Origin: Callorhinchus milii
Lineage: Eukaryota
Direction: 5' to 3'
Length of the DNA stretch: 64,000 nucleotides
Assembly: GCF_018977255.1 (NCBI RefSeq)
Contig: NW_024704743.1
Span: 72,666,001-72,730,000, forward strand
Shown here: positions 51,372 through 64,000 of the stretch, one piece after another
Layout: each line of letters opens with the position of its first letter
Position numbering within the stretch: the first letter of the stretch is position 1
Program-made: the position numbers and the translations under genes
Notes under the pieces: generated by a model
Databases searched by the model: none
The model's input: only the letters and a program-made list of their open reading frames with translations
What the model was told of the DNA's origin: nothing

Positions 51372-52901
51372 CTAGAAAAGGGAGCAAAATTATTTCATGG
51401 AGAACGCATTTGAAATATCTGATGCTAAATTGCCAGTACTTCACACAAAGGAAAGACTAAATGCGACACTTTAAATAATAGAATAGCTGTAATTCTCTGC
51501 TCAATAAAACAAAGCGAAACTAAATACACCCTATTCTGCATTTACTGCACAGTACAATAAATTATCTGAAAAATATTAACATATTAAATTCTTCCATAGT
51601 TTTAATTGAATGCCAAGAAGAAAAATCATTATTATAATTTGTACTTAGTAATGTGTGTAGTGTCACTCATTATAAAACCCCTGGAGTATCTATGAAGCAC
51701 AAAGAGGAAGGGGGATTATCAGAGTTAAAATGAGTCTATTCCTTAAATAAATACTGAGCGATCTATTGACCGAATTGTCACACATCATTTACATTTATTA
51801 GAACGCTGCGAGTGAATGATGAGAAAATAAATCTTACTGAACCCATTCAAAACCTGAACCCATGTTTGGCATTAATCAAAGGCTATTCCAGTTTACAGAT
51901 ACAGAATCAGAAGTTGCACAGTCATGGAATGGTTTCTTCAACAAGAACAATATCCAATCATTTATTCCTCCCTTTATCCCACTCGATCACCCTTTCCAAA
52001 GACAAGAGGAATAGGAATTAGAAATATTTTCATGATATAACCCTGAATTTCTATATTTATTTAATGTATTAATTGATTGATTTGGATGTCTGTCTGGCAC
52101 AGGCACGATGGGCTGGATGGCCTCCTTCTGTGCTGTCTAATTCTGTGATTCTATGAATGTATTTATTGTCAACTACAATCTGTTTAATTAATACTGCTTC
52201 TCAAGAAGGGAAAGAAGAGGTTTACTTTCCACATTGTATTATGGAAGAAAATTAAAGGTCTGTGCATTGAGCATCAAGAGCCCATCTTCAGGTATTTCCT
52301 GAAGATTGAAATGTCTAGCTGATAAAACTAAGTAATAATCTCTGCGCACTGTAGTGTTCTGAGCATTGACAGTTCCATCCACACTTCAAATGTTACTGCA
52401 TAAACCCAGATCACTAACGACGAATGGGGAGATCAGGAAACTTGAATTGATGTATAAGGATAGGTTAGATTCTAAACAGTGCAGCAATGCAGAAAAGATT
52501 GCAGCACTCATCCTTCGTTTCAAGTCTCCTATGTATAATAATGATAAAGATAATAATAAATATTGCATTTGCTATAGCACCTTTCATGTGAGGTGGACAT
52601 CTCAAAACACTTTCGGATATACTGTAAAGTGTAGTGACTGTGTAATTTGTGGACCAACACAAAATCAAATACATAATGCGAGTTAACAAAATAAGAGATG
52701 TACATTGAAGAACTGGCCTAAATTAATTAATTTAGGTACTATGTTTTTCATTGTTCCCTCCTCCCTGCCCTTTTCTCCTGAAGAAGGGCTGACCATGTCC
52801 CACTAACTGCCTGCCCTCAAATCTCAGCGTGCGCATTTTGGTTACCGCCCCCGACCCGAGCTGTCCTTCCCCAAAAATGCTCCCTACCCTGCAACCCCTG
52901 T

Positions 52902-53225
52902 GGAGTCCTGTAGCTCAGTGGTTAGAGCACTCGCTTTGCAAGTGAGAGACCTGAGTTCAATTCCAGGCAGAGGGCGAAACCTTGGGCAAGTTTCCTTACT
53001 CCACACACCTAATAATAATCCCTCCAAAAACCCCAAACAATAATAAATTGGTCAATTTCCAATCTACGACTGTTTGTGGGACACTGCTGTGTGCAATTGG
53101 CTGCCGCGTTCGCCCACAAATATACAGTCAATTCACTTTACAGTATATTCTGTGAAGCGCTTTGGGACGTCCTCCCGACGTGAAAAGCGCTATATCAAAT
53201 GCAAGGATTATTATTATTATTATTA
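52902..53225 (+). mobile_element. Young full-length tRNA-derived SINE, short subfamily
   Basis: A box TAGCTCAGTGG (52911), anticodon-like loop TTTGCAA (TGC, Ala-like), B box GTTCAATTCC (52955), Deu-like body gtttgtgggacactgctgtgtgcaattggctgccgcgtt, stem-loop and (TTA)n tail. Confidence 0.93.
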
Positions 53226-55358
53226 ACTCTCCCACTCTGTCCTCCTCTCTCTCCGTCCTCCTCGCCTCTTATCGCCCTCAACCGTCCCACAGTCTCCCTC
53301 AGCTCCAGCCTGGGAATTCTCCGCCTGACTCACCGTGGCACTCGGCTTTGGCTGTCCATCAGAAGCCACACTGACTGCCCCATTCCTCACTATCATCACA
53401 AGCCCCACCAGACCCAGACCCCGGGGCCAACCTCTCCTCCCTCATCCTCATTCCCATCCTCCTTGCCAATCACTCCATCATGCCCTCCCATCTCACACAT
53501 TCCCCTGCTAACTGTCCCCACTGCACTAGCCTACAAAATGTCCGCTCCCTCTGCAACAAGGCTCTGACCATCAGTGACCTCATCGTTGATGAAACTATCG
53601 GCATCATGGCCCTCACTGAAACCTGAAACCCAGGCAACACCTTCCCCCTCACTGAGGCCACCCCACCCGGCTATACCTCCCAGCATACCACATGTCCCAA
53701 CCGCCCTGGTGATGATGTGGCCCTCATCTCCAGGACCTCACTTGCTCTGTTCCTTTACTCCTCCGGCTCTTTCCCCTCACTCGTGCTCCTTACCATCCCT
53801 CTAATCTTTCCCTCAAAATTCTCCTCATTTACTGCCCCAAAAACCTCCCCCACCTTCATGTTTGACATCTGTACCCTCCTAGTTTCCCTCTATCTCTGTT
53901 CTGAACGCCTCCTCACCCTCGGCGACTTCAATCTTCACTTCACCTCTTCCTGATCTATCTCCTCGGACTTCTCCTCTCTCCTTTCCTCGCATAACCTCTC
54001 CCTCCACATCCACTCTGCCACCCACATTCATGGCAACCCACTCGACCTGGTGATTACCCAGGGCCTCAGCATCTCAGATATCACAATCACAGACAAAGTC
54101 ATCTCTGATCAGCATTTCATCTCCTTCAACTCCTCAACCTCTCTCCCCACTGCCACCAAACCCACCTCCATTTCCTATCGCCTATGGAAAAAAATCTCCC
54201 AGCAATCCCGCTTCGCTGCCCTGGGGTCATCCGAACTCCTCCCCCTCCTGCACTGATTTATCCTCTTCACTCACTCACCTCCACAACGCCCTCTCCATCA
54301 CTCTTGATGCCCCAGTCACTCACCACCCTCCAAACCGGCCCTCGTCTCCCCACCACACTCCAATCATTACCCATCCCTCCCTCCACATTTTCAAACCTGC
54401 CTCCCCCTCCTCTCTCATCACCACCATATCCAGCATAAAACACACCACCTACTCCCTTGACCCCATCCCCACCCCTCTCCTTACCGCCCAGATCCACCTC
54501 CTCGCCCCTCTACTCTACGACACCATCAATCTCTCCTTATCATCTGGTGTCGTTCCCATCCCACTAAAAACAGCTACAATCCTGGACCCACACTGAGGCC
54601 CTCCTGATTGGCTCGCACCAGCGCCTCCGCACCTCAGGGACTAACAGCATCAGCAGCCACGGATGCACGCTCCACCTCACCAAGCCAAGCGTGTCTTGTT
54701 CGACCCTCAACTGTCCTTTCTCCCCAATATCCATGCCATGACCCACTCTGCCTTCCCCCACTTCTGCAACATCGCCCGACTCCGCCACTGCCTCACCCCT
54801 CAAGCTGCCGAAACCCTCATACACACATTCGTTACTTCAAGGCCCGACTCGGAAACTCCCCTCAAGTCAGCCTCCACAACTCTTCCTTCCACAAGCTGCA
54901 GATCATCCAGAACTTTGCACAGCTCGTATATCTTCTCTCGCATTAGGCTCCGTGACCCCATCACACCACCCTCACCTGGCTTCACTGGCTCCCCATCCCT
55001 CAGAGGATAGAATTCAAAATCCTCGTCCTCACCTTCAAGGCCCTTCATAGTCTTGCACCCTGTACATCTCTGACCTGCTGACCCCTTATCAACCTGTCCA
55101 CTTGGCAGCCCCCAGCCTGCTCCATTTCTCCCCCCGACCCCCATTTGTGCAGTGGAGCCCTATTATAATGGGGTGTTTGGAATCCATAAAATCATAACCT
55201 GTATTATAGCGAAGCTTGACTCATGCTATAGCTATGTGGTATGCAACCAGCTGACTTGTGTGTTGGCCGGTTCCCGCACTTTGCAGCGCCTTGGGACATT
55301 TTATAGCGCCCGATGTGAAAGGCGCTATAAAAATGTAATCTTGTTGTGGTTGTTGTTG
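53226..55358 (+). mobile_element. Internally deleted L2 LINE with AP-endonuclease domain and 3' end but no RT core
   Basis: APE motifs LQNVRSLCNK...IMALTET*, LLTLGDFNLH, ATHIHGNPLDLVIT, ISDQH at about 53525-54120; at about 54590 SGVVPIPLKTATI-LDP jumps to [16 protein letters not shown]; (TTG)n tail. C-rich sequence at about 52800-52900, across the SINE, may belong to it. Confidence 0.88.
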
Positions 55359-56865
55359 TAAAAGAAAAAAAGTCTGACTTTGTGCAAACATGAAGCAAGT
55401 AATATTGACAGTGACCTGATGACCTGGAAGTCTGCTATGTTTAAAGCACGGGAAGCTAAAATGGCCAAATTCCAGATTATTAAATTGATCTAGGTGCTGG
55501 TTTGGTCGCACAAGTAAAGGAGGATGTGATGTCAATGCACTGAACCGGAAGTCAATCATTTTAACACAAAAAGCCAGCCAGCACATAATCATCAACATAT
55601 ATAGTGATATATGTTGAATGGTGTCCACAGTGTCATTGAGTTGTAAGCAAATTTGTGCTACAGTGAAGTGTCATAATGAGGCTGCACTAGTCTTTTTATT
55701 TATAACATCTGCTCTTTTAATTCCATTATGCACCGTTTTATTTCCGCTACACACTGCAGTCTTGACTGGAGTCTTTCATCAGACTGCACCTTTGCAATTG
55801 CAAATAGTTAGACAGAAATTAGAGCATTGACAGAGGCTACTCAGACCATCGAGGCTCTGCTGCGACCAAACGTCTTCGCTGGAGCTGACAGCACTAATCC
55901 CAATTTCATGCTCTCTACTTTTGTTTTTTAAAAAGGTTTTTATTGAACTGCAATGAAGCATTAACTGGTTCCCAATTTAAGTTTAATGCAAGCATAACTC
56001 ACCACTGTCAGTAAATTAATCTCCAACACTTGTAAAGATTTCCAACAATGTGTTAATTTCATCAGCAGGGTACTTTGGATGGGACAGGAATGCTGGTACA
56101 TGAGAGTGGAAACTAACACTATGTATTCCTTATGTCAGCATTTCTGATCCTGAAGTGAACCTATTTTAATACTGACAACTTCCAATACTATTGTAGAAAT
56201 TACAGCACAGAAGGATGTCATTTTGTCTTCAAGTTTGTGCAGGTGTTAACTCTTGCACTGAATCTAACCACCATAATCCTGAATTTTCATGCTTCTCTCC
56301 AAACTCTTTTCCAATGATTACCCACAAAATACACAGTGTAAGAATATGGCTAAAACCATTGTTTTAATACCCCAATTTGTATAAAAGAATTGATAAGACA
56401 TATTTTGGTTGATCTTAAGGAATGTGAGGGAGAGTTTCTTTTGACGTCTTGTGTTTTTGGGTTCTGTGAAGATTTGATATAGATGGATGTTGTTCCCTTC
56501 CTTATTTGGAAGATTGGGGTCCAACAGTAATGTATTTGGATAGGACAGTGTCCTGATTAATTGAACTCTTGGTGCCTTGCGGTCTGGTTGGGAGAAGATT
56601 TTATGACTTCAAGGTGTCAATGAAGACAATTAACTGCCAAAATGAACTTTTCACAGTTGCTATCAGAGGCTTCGAGAAGCAACTCTCAAATTCCTGAGAT
56701 TAAACCTTGATAACCTATGGGGTTCCCTGAGTAAGGAAATGTGATGGGATGAACCAGCCTGGGGATCTGACTGGCGAATCAAACTTTGGATTTGATTGGA
56801 CAAAACAATCTTTCAATTTCATTTTTGGTTGTAAGAGTAACATGGGCTAAATTGGGGTATATATT

Positions 56866-57170
56866 ATAATAATCCTTGCATTTGATATAGCGCTTTTCAC
56901 GTCTTCTTGACATCTCAAAGCGCTTCACAGAATAGACTGTAAAGTGAATTGACTGTATATTTGTGGGCGAAATGCGACAGCCAATTGCGCACAGCATTGT
57001 CCCACAAACATCGTGGATTGAAAATGACCAATTTATTATTGTTTTGCTTTGGAGGGATTATTATTAGGCATGTGGAGTAAGGAAACTTGCCCAAGGTTTC
57101 ACTCTGCCTGGAATTGAACCCAGGTGACACTTGCAAGGCGAGATCTCCAACCACTGAGCTACAGGAGTCC
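56866..57170 (-). mobile_element. tRNA-derived SINE, short subfamily
   Basis: Reverse complement of the 52902-type copy with a damaged anticodon arm. Confidence 0.9.
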
Positions 57171-57834
57171 ACATATAAATGAAAGAGGTAACTTTGGAAT
57201 CATTGAAGTTATGTGGAGGGTCAGCACACTTCCCAGTGGCATTGATATTGATTCGATTGTATCTATGGTCTTGGTTTTAAGAATAAGTTAAGCTATTTGT
57301 ATTACTTAATAAAACCTGGATTATTACACCACCGTATTGGTCGTGTCCATTCAAATCTCTTACAACAGTCACACTTGACAGTACATCCTGTGAAGTGTTT
57401 TGCGACGTCTTCCAGATTTGAAAGTCACTATATAAAATGCAAGGATTTTTGTAAATGTAGCTAACTCCCATTACATGCACCAAAATTGATCTGTAAAACC
57501 TGAGAAGAAATTGTACTGAAATCATTCAGCTGCTAAGACAACCTTGAACAATGCAAAATATTTGAGAAGCTGCATACTTTGCATTTCTTGAGGATTCCGC
57601 ACATAGTGCATACCTCAGCAAATACTTTCAGCAACATGAGAAGCAGAAGAATCTTTACGATTTTTAATGCATTATTTATTACCATGTTTCCAAAATCTGT
57701 CAAAATAATAGGATTGTTTTTTAAGTTGGGAGCTTAATTATTTCTCTGTAAAGCAAATTGACTGTATATTTTGTGGGTCAAACACAGGGGCTTCAGTAGG
57801 AATCCTTCAAGAGTGGTGGTTCTTCAATAAAAAG

Positions 57835-58490
57835 ACAATTGATTCATTGCTGAGGCCATATTTGCAATATCGTGCACATTTCTGGTTGCCTAGCCTGCTA
57901 TAGGTGAGGGTTCAGAAATGAGCTACAAGATCGGTTTTGGGACTTGGCGATCTAAGGTTTGAGAAAAAAGCTCACTGAATTAGCTTATTTTATAATCAGA
58001 ACTAAACTTTGTGTGTGTGTGTGGGTGGTGGGTTGGTGGGGGGGTGGGTGGAGGAGGTAGGGAGGAGTAACATGATGTAGGTTTTTAGAATAATGAAAGG
58101 GCCTAGACAACAACAATTTTAATATTTATATAGCGTCTTTCATATTGGGTGGATGCCTCAAGTGATTCCCAGAGCCGACTGAGAGCCTGAGCTGGTGGTG
58201 ATGGGAGCTGAGAAGTTGGGAGAAAAAGGTCTTAAGTGTAGATGAAACAGGCTATTTTATTCAGATCAGGAGAGCAAAACTGGAGTTTCAAGATTAAGAA
58301 GCCTCATGGTTGACTACAGATGAGAAGAAATGTATTCCTGTAGATTGAGAGGGATGTGGAATAGATTTCCAAACAAAAGCAGTTGTTGCCACATCAGCTA
58401 ATGTCATCAAAGTAAAACTTGATAAGTGTTTGCTTTGGAATATTGTTGGAGGATCCAGGGATAAAGGAAGTGTGTGAGATGGAACAAATA
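57835..58490 (+). mobile_element. Highly decayed CR1 fragment interrupted by simple repeat and an L2 tail
   Basis: ctgaggccatatttgcaatatcgtgcacatttctgg (LRPYLQYRAHFW, cf. RPHLEYCVQFW); gagggttcagaaatgagctacaag. Confidence 0.55.
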
Positions 58491-60231
58491 CTTCATAGGA
58501 AACAATGACTTTCTAATGCTGGGACTAGAGATGCAGCATGTTGTCAGTGAAGGAATGAAAGTCAGGTTTGAACAGTGGAGATGTGGGAAATAATATTCTG
58601 GAACTGTTGTCGGGTTTCGTTTGGAGACTACCTAGGTAGAACTCACTTAGGATACAGAGTGGTCAAAGTGAACCTTACAATAGGATAGATTTTGCACGGA
58701 CAGTGAAAGGCTCAGATAATGACGGCCTTTTCTCGATTCATACTTCCTCCTCTGAGGCCTCACATGCCAGAAAATGATAGAAAATAACCACTCGATGTAC
58801 TTATGTACAACCCTCAGACCACACTGTAGTATTTAAACATTAATGCTGCTCTCCACCGCTCCTGAAGGGATAAACCTCAACATAGGATAGACACAAATCC
58901 GCACACATGCACTTGACTTTTCACCTCTTTTTGTGCTCACATCCACTAGGGACGGAGGAGGTGCACCAGAACACTTAGCATTACTCGATTCTGCTTTTCT
59001 TTTTATTGGACAGGTTCACAGAGGGCACAGGAAAACAGTGGGCTAACCATTCAGGAGAAACTGCTGACGGACCGACAGTAACTGTTTGTTTCTGTTGCTG
59101 TCTCATCTGACCAACATCTCTTTCAAAATCCATTTTCTTTGCAGGTGACATTATAATTGATTCGTCTGTACTGATCATTAGCCAGGGAACATTAGTCCTT
59201 AGTTACTTTCTCAATTCTCTGAAGCACTCAGTGAAGCGAAAAAATAACCTCTAGCCATATTCCAGTGCTTCCCCATCAGTTCCCAGCAGTCCACTAATTG
59301 CAGTCTCGAGCAGCTGGTGCAAAGGACCATTGGCCTCATCCTTGAACACCATTTTGCACCATCCATCATATGTGCAGTAATCACCCGTATCTCTCTTGGC
59401 TGACTTTTATGCTACCATCTTAGAAAGACATCACCACCAAGTTTTTTGTTTAAAAAAAACAAGCCTCATTTTACACTGACAAATGCAAATCTACTTGAAT
59501 AACAATATAGTGTGTTTAATATAGCTCTTATCATGTGTCAAAACTCCTGAAAGCGTTTCACAGGATTTACTGTAAAGTGGAGTGACTGTATTGTGTAGGT
59601 TGAACGTAGCAGCCAATTTGCACACAGTAATGGCCCACAGATAGCCAAGAAGTGAATCACTAATTTTCTCTGGAGGATTGATTGTTGGCCAGGATACTTG
59701 GAGAAACGCCTGGTGATTTTATGTAGTATTATTCCACTTCTATTTATACAGAATAAATAGCTAAAATGTACACTTAGATTTAGTCCATACAAATAGAATA
59801 AGGAATAAAAAAGATTTTATTTTTTTTAATAACCTGTTAATGCTGTAAACATTCATCAGCTCAATAATAAAAGTATTATTCCTCCGGTCTAACAAAGCGT
59901 ATTTCAGAATAATTTTATTTTAAATTGTGTCCTTGGGTATGACATAAGTCAAATGGCACTGTAATTTAAACGTGATTTTGTAGAAACCAGTCAATAGTAA
60001 TTATGATGATAAAACAGAGTATTCTCTTTTCTATGACCTGCCTGTAATAAGGTTCATAATAAATTCAAAGCTTGCTCATAATGGATAAAGGATTGGCCCC
60101 TAAGGGTCGCTTTAAATGAAATCTCACCTCTACACATTGACTTAATGCCAATTCTGATGCAAACCTGTCAAGGCTAAAGGTACAACAAAGCAGTTAAAAT
60201 AAATCGCCCTTATGCAGGCAACTGTACCTAC

Positions 60232-60352
60232 CACATGTCGAGGCAGGTGGAATACTCTGTGGACCCGAGGAGGACATCTGGAGGTCTGTACCACAGGGTA
60301 ACTACTTCATTGGAATATGTGTGGCTGGGCACTGACTTGGCTCGGGCAAGAC
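60232..60352 (-). CDS. CDK14: CDK14 (PFTAIRE-1) coding exon, 121 bp, kinase activation segment
   Basis: Reverse complement reads tttgcag|GT CTT GCC CGA ... GAC ATG TG|gtaggt = (G)[39 protein letters not shown](W). Canonical AG/GT sites; residues [11 protein letters not shown] and [11 protein letters not shown] fit CDK14 rather than CDK15 as I recall them. Confidence 0.97.
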
Positions 60353-60784
60353 CTGCAAACACAATGAGAGAATTGGTTTAACATAGTTAACATTATGCTG
60401 AAAACAAGTCTTAACTGTTCGTCAGACAACAATTTCAACTGCTGACTAGAGTGGTGATCACTGAAATTCAGGACATAGACACAACTGTCAATGGAATTAG
60501 GAATATAGTAATAGGAGAAGGCAATTCAGTCTGCCGAACCTGTTCTGTAACATGTTAGTAATATTGTAATGTATGTTGAGTTAAGCATACATTTTAGATG
60601 TTTAGTCCATATAAACAGAAGTGGAATAATGACACAAAATAATATCCAGAGTCAACATTGTAAAGTTTACTTAAATTACCCCTTAAATACAAACCATGGC
60701 CTTTAACCAAAGTTTCAATGAAACAATAATACACTCCCAACTGTGTCCAATAATATATAATGGCAACTCAATCTTGAGAGAAGA

Positions 60785-61090
60785 TGACTCATGGAGGTGT
60801 CTACAATTTTAAATCGTATTATGAAAGCAAACCCAGAACAATACTATAGGATGCACCAAGAGAGAACAAGAGGGTGCAGGTTTAGAGTTGCAAATGGCAA
60901 TTTCAGAAAAGATACCAGGAAGATTTTCTTTGTTCAAAGGGTAATTAACACTTGCAACAGGTTGCCAGGAAGGGGGTGAGTTCAAGATACTGGACTCATT
61001 TAAAAAGCTGTTTGATGATGTGACGGGAGGATGGTTGGTGGGTATTCTGAAGCGGTGAGATCAGCTGAGCCGAGGGGTACATTTCATCCA
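60785..61090 (+). mobile_element. Decayed CR1 3' fragment
   Basis: RTRGCRFRVANGNFRKDTRKIFFVQRVINTCNRLP. Confidence 0.8.
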
Positions 61091-61574
61091 AACCAATCTC
61101 GTGGTCTTATGAACTACAGTATTCAGAACAGATCAGTTAAAACCTTATAACTTATGAATCAGTTTGACATTGTACCCCAGACATCAGAACATCTCAAAAT
61201 ATCAGAAGTAATTGTTATAAAGTGAAGTGTTTGCATATTTGTAGGCAAACATGGTAGCCAAATTAGCGCACGTCAGATCCCACAAAATATCCTTGAAGTG
61301 AATGATCAATTTATATTAAGGATTGTCATCCAGGGCACCAGGAGATACTCCCTTTTCTTCTCAAAGAGCCTCATGTGATCTTTGACATCCACCTGAACAG
61401 GCAAACCAGACCTCTATTTACAGTGTAAATCCAAAAATGAGACTGTACATTAGACTACAGGAAAGGCTCTTCAACCCATTCAACCTTATCCTTCCATACC
61501 TCTCTATACTTTAGCAGCATCAAAATTTTTTTTGAAAGAACCAGTCCAAAATCCTGGCTTCTACCAGTTTTACC

Positions 61575-61817
61575 CTACCATTGACCTCCAACACTCTCCC
61601 CCAAGTTAGGGAGGGGAAATCAGCCGGGGTTCCTACTTATCCATGACCAGTGGAGGAAAGGGTAGCTGTGTTGATGTCCACATAACCTGCTAATTATTGC
61701 AGTTAAAGATTGTACATGGATAATATCACTTAAGCTTGGAACTAGAGGGACATAGACCCCATGGAGTCATAGCCTTGCAGAAACAAAAAAGAATCAAGCA
61801 GCTTCAGGAGAGGAGAA
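61575..61817 (+). mobile_element. AmnSINE2-like ancient SINE
   Basis: ttagggaggggaaatcagccggggttcctact...cccatggagtcatagcc...cttcaggagaggag; family name from memory. Confidence 0.45.
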
Positions 61818-62155
61818 AAATAATTAAAACTGTTGATCATTGTTATTCCAAATAATAAGCTGCCAAGATGGACAAATAAATTACCCTATTTTAAATATAT
61901 GTTTATCATAAGGCTGTTATTCTCTATAAATATAACAAGTAAATACAATAGGCCAGTGTACAAGATCCATTACAATAATCAGTGCTTGGATGAGGAAGGG
62001 AAACAGCAACCTAAATTCTAGTTCCTGATAATTCAGTAACGCTGAGTTAGGTGGCTCAACATTTTGCTACAAATAAACTTATACTCAGGAGTTTTAAGCA
62101 TATTGATACAGTTATAATAATAATAAAGTTTTCCTCAACCTAAAATTCTACAGAT

Positions 62156-62790
62156 GTTCAGTTCAAGTCGTTATTCTTTATGTCGTGCATCTGGATCTGG
62201 AGCTAATTCAGCTCAAAGGAGATCCCTCCCTAGGAGGATAGTCACTAGTTGGTCGTCAAACATCCGACAAGCCCAGGTTTGAGCCCTCACTAGATGGATG
62301 ATAGGTACCAGAAACTCTCTGCGAGCTTCTCGGTGGGCAACACATCTTTGCACGAAATGTGTGAGAGATTTGCCACCATCTTCCTGTCTGCAGTTCGAGC
62401 AGACATCCTTTCCCATTGAGCAATGGTATCCCGAATTGGAGGTACAGGGTAAAGACGGCAGTTGCTTGCCTCTCTGTTGGACAATTAAGGTGGATTCCAG
62501 GTGTTGGATGTACTACCGTATGTTCAGGTAACGCCTTGCAGCAGCTGCCACTCCAAGCCTCAGTTTCCTCATCAGCTATCTGGCAGACATCTGCCTTCAG
62601 TATGGTGGGAGGACCTTTACAGGTAAGCTTGTGACATGCCAGCCACCTTGATATTCTCGAGGACCAAGTCCAATGCAAAGTCAGTACCAGCTGCGTAATC
62701 CAGGCCCTCATGTGAGGGGCCTTGGCAAATAGACGTACCCGCTGTGAAGCCGCCTCCAAGGTGCTTAGCAACAGGTCAGTTTAGGCCAGA
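62156..62790 (-). mobile_element. Non-LTR retrotransposon 3' remnant with CCHC zinc knuckle (clade undetermined)
   Basis: Minus frame R*LMRKLRLG...KDVCSNCRQEDGGKSLTHFVQRCVAHREARREFL, followed by a taaagaataacgacttgaactgaac end. Confidence 0.6.
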
Positions 62791-64000
62791 GCCCTTACTT
62801 CCTGCACCTGTTCCTGTGTTTGCCACTATAAGAAGGACATAGTAGTGATGGAAAGAGTATCACATAGGTTCATAAGAATGATCCCAGAGCTGGCAGTTTA
62901 CTGCTGTCAGAATAGACCAAAACAGTTAAAAGCACTTTTCACAGCAAGAAGACGTCTCGAAGCAATTCAAAGTCGTGAGTTCGATCTCACAAGTCCCACA
63001 TGTCTCTTCGCCTTCTGAGAATTGTGCAGTGTCAGCAGTGCTGGACAAGTTACCAGCACCCAGCTCCCATAGAGATCCCATTTTGTTCTTACAAGTTAAA
63101 TCATATCATGCAGAATGCAAGGTCTTGCAAGTTCCAAATCCACTGAGTTTCACAGATACAAGCTGATGCACAAATTAGATCTCATATCTAATACAATCTG
63201 AGCTCTTGATGATTTCATATGAAACTTACAAAAGAGCAACATGAGAGAGATCCTCTTAAAGTAGTTACAGGTAGCCATTGGGCAACACTGATCACCACAG
63301 TATGTCATTACCTACCCTCCTCACTCCCTGAACTGTTACTATGACTACACTGCAGGGAAATATGCATTCGCTTTTGAAAGAAACATCCCTTCGGCTGACA
63401 TTAAATTTGGTTATTTTAATGGTCCACATGAATTGAAAATACAAGAACAATGCTTATAGACTCCCAACTGTGCTATCAGCACATGCTAGTAGCATGACTT
63501 CCTCCAGACCACCAATGTTTCACACTGCTACCTTTATTCATTGATCATTCTAGACACATCCACTCCCTGCTCTCTGCAGCAAAAAAATCTCCAGTTTATC
63601 TTTGATTTGGCAGCTCACTATGCACTCTGATTCTGAACACAGATCAAACTGCTTTGAGACAGCAAAGATACAGAGTCACATCTTACTGTATTTTCACTAT
63701 TAGTATCAGACTGAGCAACTGTGGATGAATGTTCATAGCTTCCTTTAAATACATCAGGTTTATATCTTTGCCAAGACTCTGCTGCAGCACCAGGTATTAC
63801 ACCTTTCCTTTTATTTGCTGTCATTTGTTTTTATAAGACGAGACATTTATTTTCGCCACGTTTTCTTTGTCTTTGCACCACACAAAATAGCTGGGCTGAA
63901 AGGGAGGACAGGAAACCTACCCCTTGACAACTGTCAACATTGTTTTGTAACCTGCCTTTAGCCTATTTGCAAAAGCAGCTCTGTAGGGCTCTCCTTCCAA

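Noticed and set aside
52902..52978. tRNA-Ala(TGC)-like gene, and similar heads near 36880, 37310, 38185, 45264 and 57100
   Set aside because: A/B boxes and part of the cloverleaf persist, but each runs directly into the same SINE body and tail; these are SINE heads.
59240..59400. Stop-free minus-strand stretch (AKRDTGDYCTYDGWCKMVFKDEANG...) as a cassette exon
   Set aside because: No recognisable domain and no convincing splice-site pair.
60353..64000. Expected preceding CDK14 exon (HRDLKPQNLL...KLADF)
   Set aside because: No matching sequence seen; presumably outside the window.

Overview
Vertebrate genomic DNA, not prokaryotic. It is AT-rich and repeat-dense; the SINE/LINE complement points to a cartilaginous fish, possibly a holocephalan such as Callorhinchus (inference). 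The whole window lies inside one minus-strand gene, CDK14 (PFTAIRE-1 kinase). Four GT-AG exons (121, 94, 64, 49 bp) splice in frame to (G)[108 protein letters not shown](K). The introns between them are 8860, 21434 and 5422 bp, and I found no further exon in 1-24308 or above 60352. The introns carry L2 and CR1 LINE fragments, a young tRNA-derived SINE with a Deu-type domain and L2-type tail, older DeuSINE-like and AmnSINE2-like copies, a Penelope-like fold-back with a degenerate hammerhead motif, a hairpin MITE family, a fossil Myb/SANT domain and a zinc-knuckle LINE remnant. I see no convincing new protein-coding system. The most unusual signals are retroelement-on-retroelement: three L2 insertions land in the 3' stem-loop of SINE copies, that stem-loop covaries across several families, and there is a 52-bp-period double-palindrome array with ETS-type motifs. 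Repeat family names are from memory of published consensus sequences, not a database search; repeat boundaries are approximate.
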